Below are positions 56,103 to 64,000 of a stretch of DNA of 64,000 nt, piece by piece. Source of the stretch: Eledone cirrhosa. Taxonomy: Eukaryota. Numbering within the stretch: position 1 is the stretch's first letter; each line of letters starts with the position of its first letter. The stretch covers positions 357,802,001 to 357,866,000 of the forward strand of contig OZ024740.1 of the NCBI GenBank assembly GCA_964016885.1, given 5' to 3'. A program made the translations under genes and the position numbers. The notes beneath the pieces are model-generated. The model saw nothing but the letters and a program-made list of their open reading frames with translations. It did not search any database and was not told where the DNA came from.

Positions 56103-57031
56103 TCTATATATATAAAACTGTGGTTGTCTGTCTATCGATTTTTGGCACACATCTCCTCTTAGAATCTCTCACGGAATTGCACCGAAATTGCTATACTTGT
56201 ACATTGAGCCCTAGCGAAGACATCGAAAAAAAATTTCAAATTGACCCACCTTATGTGACGAAATCGAATATAATGTATCGATTTTTGAGCGTAAGTTATC
56301 AGTTATTTCCCTTTGTTCTGTTTACATTGAGCGTCTTACGTAAAAAATTACGCTGGCTTTCTCAGCGTTTAAAATGACATTAACGAGCCAGCAAAATTCA
56401 TCAGTTCGAACACTAAGCTTCCGTTTTGCTTCATTTCCATTTAAAAGCCTTTTAAAACAATATTTTTACTTGAAAACAAGTCTATTTAAAGACTACGTAA
56501 AACAAGCAAATATTTCGTAAAAAAGTACTTGAAAACAAGTCTATTTAAAGACTACGTAAAACAAGCAAATATTTCGTAAAAAAGAGCAAAAATTATATAA
56601 GTTTATTTAAAATATATGTATCTGTAAATTTCGTTAGGCGTGCAGACAGACAGTCGTGCAGAGAGGTGATATAGTCGTGCAGACAGACAGTCGTGCAGAG
56701 AGGTGATATAGGCGTGCAGACAGACCTAACTGATAATTTGGTTACGCTAATGTTTTTCTCTGCGTTGCAGTGTTTACATTTTCGATCTTTGTTAATAAAT
56801 AACCAGTGCAGTTTTTATCCCCAGCATCCTCTTTTGTTATAACATTCGGGTTATCGTTATGTATTCTTAACTTCATAAGGCATATTGTTGGTTGAGGGAA
56901 TATTAATCAAAAACACCACATGCAAGTCTGCACAGTAGACACTACAGTTTTTAAGCCAAAAAAGAAACTTAACATTGTAACTTTAACACAGCTACTGAGT
57001 GACCCTGAGCAACGCCGGACTTTACTGCTAG
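56103..57031 (+). mobile_element. Non-autonomous Helitron, unit 1
   Basis: A|TC 5' end (TCTATATATATAAAACTG), subterminal hairpin CCTGAGCAACGCCGG, 3' CTAG; internal tandem repeats. Confidence 0.85.
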
Positions 57032-57855
57032 TCTATCTATATATATAAAACTGTGGTTGTCTGTCTGTCTATCGATTTTTGGCACACATCTCTTAGAATC
57101 TCTCACGGAATTGCACCGAAATTGCTATACTTGTACATTGAGCCCTAGCGAAGACATCGGAAAAAAAAATTTCAAATTGACCCACCCTATGTGACGAAAT
57201 CGAATATAATGTATCGATTTTTGAGCGTAAGTTATCAGTTATTTCCCTTTGTTCTGTTTACATTGAGCGTCTTACGTAAAAAATTACGCTGGCTTTAACA
57301 GTTGTCGAGCCAGCAAAATATTGACCTGCAAAATTCATCAGTTCGAACACTAAGCTTCCGTTTTGCTTCATTTCCATTTAAAAGCATTTTAAAACAATAT
57401 TTTTACTTGAAAACAAGTCTATTTAAAGACTACGTAAAACAAGCAAATATTTCGTCGTTAGGCGTGCAGACAGACAGTCGTGCAGAGAGGTGATATAGGC
57501 GTGTAGACAGACAGTCGTGCAGAGAGGTGATATAGGCGTGCAGACAGACATAACTGATAATTTGGTTACGCTAATGTTTTTCTCTGCGTTGCAGTGTTTA
57601 CATTTTCGATCTTTGTTAATAAATATCCAGTGCAGTTTCTATCCCCAGCATCCTCTTTTGTTATGACATTCGGGTTATCGTTATGTTTTCTTAACTTCAT
57701 AAGGCATATTGTTGGTTGAGGGAATATTAATCAAAAACACCACATGCAAGTCTGCACAGTAGACACTACAGTTTTTAAGCCAAGAAAGAAACTTAACATT
57801 GTAACTTTAACACAGCTACTGAGCGACCCCGAGCAACGCCGGGCTTTACTGCTAG
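57032..57855 (+). mobile_element. Non-autonomous Helitron, unit 2 (head-to-tail with unit 1)
   Basis: TC start immediately after the CTAG of unit 1; hairpin CCCGAGCAACGCCGGG; CTAG|T end. Confidence 0.85.
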
Positions 57856-58759
57856 TATTATATATAAATATAGTAAAATATAAAATATATAATATTATTA
57901 TATATTATATTTATTATATATAGGGCGGTGAATTGGCAGTATCAGTAGAGGGTCGGACATGCTTTCCAGCATAGTTACGTCCCTTTACGATCTGAGTTCA
58001 AATCTCGCCGAGGTTAACTTTGCCTTTCATCCTTTCGGGGTCGATAAAATAAAGTACCAGTAATGTACTGAGATAATTGCTGGCCTTGTGCCAAAAGTAG
58101 ATTGTATTTATTATATATAAATTAACGATTCTATTTCTTATATATTATTTACAATTCCCATGTAGGGAAGTCTCTCTGGAAATAGGGTTGGGGGCACTGT
58201 ATTACGTGGCCATGGCCCAAAAAGTTTGAGAACCTCTGATCGACAGTGTGCAGATATTTTAAGATATCTGAGAACTTTGGGCTGGTGAGGCTGGCAGATA
58301 CAAGAATATCAGCTGAAGGATCCTTGTTCCATATTCTGCTACAATTGTTATATTGTGTCCTTGATCAAGACATTTAATTTATCCTAACAGGAAATAGGTA
58401 TCATAAAAATGTAATGCAGTGCTCCAAACAATGAATGTCCCAGTAACTTGCACAGACAAATTGAAATTTTATGGTGTTTGATAAAAGCAACAAGAAACGA
58501 CTCCAGTGTTATCTAACCCCTTGTATCACAATAAAAAATTAATAAATTACACACGATACCCCATCAACCATATAAGTTCTGGAGCAAAGCATCATTAACT
58601 TGTTGATTGTCACGTATATTTTACACAGCTACGTTGCTGTGTCATTTGTTTTTTTTTCAGTAAAATGACTATTTTGATTGACAAACATCACATCAATAAA
58701 CTAGTAATCGCATCTAGCTTAGAAGTTATGAACTGTTGGAAACGAGTTCAAACATGTTA

Positions 58760-58978
<219 letters not shown>

Positions 58979-59266
58979 CTAAACAGAAAAAAAAAAAAAA
59001 AAAAAATAGAAGATAAACATCAGAAAGAAAAAGATAAACTTTGCTAAAAAAACAAAAATAAAACTAGTTATGTGGTTTTCATATCAGTGTTTACATTTTT
59101 TATCAATATATATTGTCAAAAGACATACATGTATATAATACTTTGTTTCTTTATTCCTTTCATATCCAGTCTCTGCTAAATCATTACAGGTTGTTAATAG
59201 TTAAACATTTTGAACATGATCTAGACAGTTATATCATAAATTAATTGATAATAAAATCTCTCTTAC

Positions 59267-59394
59267 CAAAGCTCCTTCCAAACAAGTAGAAAAGTTGTAA
59301 CCACGTCCCATGACAAGAAGAGATTTCTGTTTGTAAAGTTCTTGGGCTAATTTATGAATTTCATCATTTAATTCTAGTACTGCTTTTATGTCCT
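59267..59394 (-). CDS. GFPT1: GFPT exon ([43 protein letters not shown])
   Basis: CAG acceptor, GTAAGA donor; 128 nt, phase 1/0; MGRGY..TCLEGALK motif. Confidence 0.96.
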
Positions 59395-59453
59395 CTGGAA
59401 GAGAAAAACATTACTGTCAAATAAATATATAATGGCTGGAAAACTTAATAGAA

Positions 59454-59621
59454 CAGTGGTTCCCAAAGGGGGGTTCTGCAAAGGAGTGTCTGGGGATCCA
59501 TGAAAAAAGGTAGAGGAGTATATTTATATTTTGACCATATAACAGTATTAGACTTTGGGGTTCCCCCAAAAGTTTCTGAACCAAAAACAGTTCCATATTT
59601 AAAAAAGTTAGGGAAACCCTA
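59454..59621. mobile_element. hAT-type MITE, second family
   Basis: CAGTGGTTCCCAAA ... TTAGGGAAACCCTA; TSD TAATAGAA/TAATAGAG. Confidence 0.7.
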
Positions 59622-60232
59622 TAATAGAGTATCAATAAAAATAAGTTAGCCATAATTTTTATTCATTACTTGAACCCTTTAACGTTTAAACCGGCCACAA
59701 TTCTCTCACCTCTTTTTGTTCAAACCAGCTGTAACCAGCCACTTATACTGATGTTAAGGTATTGTTCTCAAAATAAATAATATCAAAATCTCATAGATTC
59801 GATATTATGTGAGATAATTATGTGAAATAAAGCCTTTACCATGGAAATACAATAGTATATATAGAGTAATGTGAATGCTAAAGGGTTAAGTTATACAGCA
59901 GTCAATTTGGCAGAGTCATTAGAGTGTTGCATATTTATTCTGGGTTTGTATGTTCTGAGTTCAAATTTTGCAGAGGTCTTCTTTGCTTTTCCACCTTTCA
60001 AGGTTGATAAAGAAAGTACCAGCCCCATGTTAGTGCAGTTCTTCCAGCTATCATAGCTTGGATGTTCTTCTGGATTAAAGGAAGGGTTGAGAGGATGTTT
60101 GTGGCTGCTTGTGACTGCATAGGTACCTAAAACTCTTACCAAAAGCAAGATAAATACTACCAAGTATACTTAATTGCAAGTGATGATATATGTTTTTTTT
60201 TACATTCAGTTATAAGGCGTTCTGTTACTTAC

Positions 60233-60347
60233 CAGGAAGTCTCTTGAGTCCTTGAATAATTTCTTGCCTTCGACTTTGCATTGAAATTCGGTCTTCACAC
60301 ATCAACAGACCAAACATAACTAATGCAATAAACTGGCTAGTGTAAGC
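60233..60347 (-). CDS. GFPT1: GFPT exon ([38 protein letters not shown]); upstream exons lie beyond the window
   Basis: TTTTTCAG acceptor, GTAAGT donor; 115 nt; (STK)AYTSQF motif of the first SIS domain. Confidence 0.96.
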
Positions 60348-61284
60348 CTGAAAAACAACCATTAAAAAGCTTAAATGACAGTTAAACATTTTGTAACATG
60401 CATTGATTGAGATCAACAAACACTCTAGGCTTTTACAACAAGTAAATTAAATGGCCCTAAATTAAAGCAAGACATCTCAATCCTGCATCATCTCTTGACT
60501 GAATATAAATATTCTCCAGTTTGCTCTGATTAACTCATCCTAGATCTCTGCTGTATTTAAATGTGATAAACAGTTAACTGCTATGCTGTATTATATGTGG
60601 CTATCACAGAAGGTTTCATTATAAAAGCCATACTTTAAGTAGATTATTTAGCTATTCTATAAAAGAGTGCTCAGATTACTGAGGTTAATAGAAGCAGTTG
60701 CAGTCCAGTGCCTAATGCTCTACAAATAAATTCTAATATTCTAATGCCATTGAAAATGACCAAATACGGATTTTTAATTTAGGCCCAAAGTCACTAAATT
60801 GAGGGGAAGTTGATTAGATCAATCCCAGTACTTGACTGGTACTTTATTTTATCAAGCTCAGAAGGATAAAAGGCAAAGTTTACCTCGGCAAGATTTGCAT
60901 TTTATCTGATGCGCAACAATTCTGTCAACCTGCTACCCTAAGTTTATTAAATATTATTACCACAAATTAACTGACACAGGGTATTAGGATTAAGTAAAGA
61001 ATTGTTCAAGTATTATCATTTACTTGAAAAATAATGTAAAGTCACTGATTAAGTTGATGTTGCACAACTGAAATAAACAAGACCACGAGTTCAATCTTGT
61101 CTCTATGACACCCTTTCATTGTCATCATTTTACATCTACTTTCCATGCTGGAATGGGCTGCATGGGTTGTCACAGTCTGAGATCAAATGGGTTGGAATGA
61201 GCTCATCTTGTTCATACATTTCATATTTGGTATGGATTCTATGACTGAATGTCCTTCCTGATGCTAACCATTTTATAGGGTGTA

Positions 61285-64000
61285 CTGATCACCTATAGAT
61301 CAGGGGAGCATTCTAGTCAGATAGATTTTATCCTCATCAGAGGACGTGACAGATGGACGATCATAAACACAAAAGCCTTCCCTAGTGAGGAATGTACCTC
61401 TCAACATAGCTTAGTTGTCAGCGACCTCACAGTCAGAACTAGACGAACCTGGAAACAGAGGCCAACCTGGAGAAGAAAGATCTGGAAGCCGAAAGACCCC
61501 TCAGCCAGTAACAGATTTAAAGATATTTTACTCAACGCCTATGACAGTAAAGAAGAACAGATAGAGACATTCAATGTTGAAGAGCACTGGGAGTTCCTAA
61601 AAAATAACTTATTAGAGGCAACAGATGAGGTCTGCGGCTGGAGTAAGACCACAAGCAGGAGAAGAGTGACTTGGTGGTGGAACAATAAGGTAGATGAGGC
61701 AGTTAAGGCCAAGAGACAGGCATGGAAAGAATGGAAGAACGAGGGGAGCAGGGTACATTACATAGAGACCAAGAGGGAAGCTAGGTGACAAGTATACTTA
61801 GCTAGGAGGGAAGCAGAGGATAGAAAATTCAAGCATGTTTTGCAACGTGAGGACCAGAAACAGGAGGTGTTCAAGATTGCGAGGCAGTGTGTCAGAGAGA
61901 ATTGTGATGTCATTGGAGAGAAGTGTATCCGGAATGATAAAGGTGAGCTTGCCCTCACAAGTGCTGAGAAGAAAAATGCATGGAAGAGTCATTATGATAG
62001 ATTACTAAATGAGGAGAATGCATGGGAAGAAGAGACCCTACCCCAAGTAGACCCTATAGAGGGGCCAGCAGTACAAGTCAGCAGCAGCGTAGTAAGTAAG
62101 GCAATCAAAGATATGAAGATGGAGAAGACAACCGGTCCATTGGGTATAGCTGCCGAGATGCTGAAGGCATCTGGGTCTGTAGGTCACACTATAACCACAC
62201 GTATTGTTAACCAGGTAATACTAGAAGGTGTCATACCAAAAGATTGGTGCAGTAGCATCATTGTCAACTGCTACAAAGGTAAAGGTGATGCACTCGACAG
62301 AGGAAACTATAGAGGTATAAAGCTGATGGACCAGGTCATGAAAGTAACAGAAAGAGTTATAGCACAGTTGATTAGGGACCGGGTGAAACTAGATGAGATG
62401 CAATTTGGGTTTGTACCAGGAAGAGGCACCACTGATGCCCTCTTCCTTGTGAGGCAGTTACAGGAAAAGTACCTAGCTAAAAGTAAGCCACTCTACCTGG
62501 CATTCGTCGATCTCGAAAAAGCCTTTGACAGAGTTCCACGTGCTGTAATCTGGTGGGCTCTTAGAAAACTAGGAGTAGATGAATGGCTTGTGAAAGCTGT
62601 ACAAGCCATGTATAGGGGAGCAGTCAGCAAAGTTAGGATTAGCAATGAGTATAGCGAGGAATTTAGCGTACAGGTTGGGGTCCAGCCCTCTCCTGTTCAT
62701 CATAGTCCTGCAGGCAATAACGGAGGAGTTTAAGACTGGATGCCCATGGGAACTCCTGTATGCTGATGACCTCGCACGTATAGCTGAATCTATGGTAGAA
62801 CTAGAGAAGAAATTCCAAACTTGGAAGCAGGGACTAGAAAGAAAGGGTCTCAAAGTCAACATGACAAAGACTAAGGTCCTTGTAAGTAGACGAGAAAACA
62901 GAACCCAGATCCCCTCAGGGAAATGGCCTTGCTCAGTATGTAGGAAAGGTGTAGGTAGGAACTCCATTCTCTGCCCCAAATGCAAACAATGGGTACACAA
63001 GAGATATAGCGGGACCTCAGGAAGCTTAATTAAGAATGTAGGCTTCACATGCAGCAGCTGTACTGGGACAGCAAGCAGCAAACAGCCACAGGAAACAAGT
63101 ACCACCAATCTCTGGGAAGGCTCTGTAGAGACAGTAGACAGCTTCTGCTACCTAGGTGACCGAATTAGCAGCGGAGGTGGGTGTTCAGAAAGTACAATAA
63201 CTAGGGTAAGAACGGGATGGAAGAAGTTCAGGGAACTACTACCACTGCTAGCTGCAAAAGGCTTCTCCCTCAAAATGAAAGGCAGACTGTATGATGCGTG
63301 TATCCGAACAGCAATGTTACATGGTAGTGAGACCTGGGTGCTGAACGTGGAAGACTTAGATTAGAGAGAAACGAAGCCTGCATGCTCCGATGGATGTGTA
63401 ATAGTAATATACGTGAACGACTAAGCATAAATGAATTGAGAGAGAGACTGAGCATAAGAGGAATCAAATGCTGTGTGCAGGAGAGGTGGTTGCATTGGTA
63501 TGGACATGTGATGCGTATCAAGGATGACAGCTGCATAAAAAGGTGCAGAGCACTAGAAGTCGATGGAAACCGCGGAGTGGGGAGACCCAAGATGACCTGG
63601 GATGAGGTGATAAAAGCCGACCTTACCGAATTACACCTCTCAAAGGCGATGACACATGACCGTGACCTCTGGCATCACGCAGTAATACAGAGTACCCGAC
63701 CTCCCATGGGTACAAGCTGAAGCATATAGACAATATGCCCCCACACCCTCCCACTGCAAGGTGGTCGTGGAGGTGCCACGGCAAAAAGCACCCAGCCCAC
63801 ACTGTAAAGTGGACGTGTAGGCGCCACGAAAAAGCACCCAGCACTCACTGTAAATGAGGTTGGTGTTAGGAAGGGCATCCAGCTGTAGAAATCAAGCCAA
63901 ATCAGTTCCTGTATGAGCAAGGCATGGTCAGCCGACCAGACACTGCCTACAACAGGACAACCCGTCTAACCCATGCTAGCGTGGAAGAACGGACATAAAA
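61285..64000 (+). mobile_element. 5'-truncated, frameshifted RTE LINE of a sister subfamily, inserted next to an RTE-tailed remnant (~61118-61284)
   Basis: ORFs 61840-62733, 62645-63364 and 63382-63720 are collinear with the 50371-52845 protein; 3'UTR runs to the window edge. Confidence 0.96.

Larger units (their letters stand above)
55976..58238. mobile_element. hAT-type MITE split by a Helitron dimer and a SINE
   Basis: TIRs CAGAGGTTCTCAAA / TTTGAGAACCTCTG; TSD ATCTACAG/ATCGACAG; outer parts collinear with 20651-20899. Confidence 0.88.

Overview
AT-rich, intron-rich animal genomic DNA. The repeat repertoire (huge (TA)n tracts, RTE LINEs with (GAT)n tails, tRNA-derived SINEs, TTAA-flanked MITEs) suggests a coleoid cephalopod such as an octopus; this is inference. 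Two host genes converge tail-to-tail. On + are the last three coding exons of an MKK3/6-type MAP kinase kinase (88-4444). On - are the last six coding exons of glutamine:fructose-6-phosphate amidotransferase GFPT/GFAT (60347 down to 39027, ending ...PRNLAKSVTVE*), probably with an extra non-coding 3' exon starting at 27393. The rest is mostly repeats: an Hsmar2-like mariner, several RTE LINE copies (one with an uninterrupted 824-codon frame containing a PHD-like finger), CR1, Rex3-like, Jockey/I-like and CRE-like fragments, a head-to-tail Helitron dimer nested in a hAT MITE, piggyBac- and pogo-type MITEs, SINEs and a 3.6-kb compound TA microsatellite. The most notable cryptic signal is a set of Penelope-type minimal hammerhead ribozyme motifs tied to inverted repeats, especially a ~300-bp palindrome in a GFPT intron with a U3-A8 variant hammerhead on each arm. 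The long 'YIYI' ORFs are microsatellite artefacts. All family assignments come from motif recognition, not database searches.
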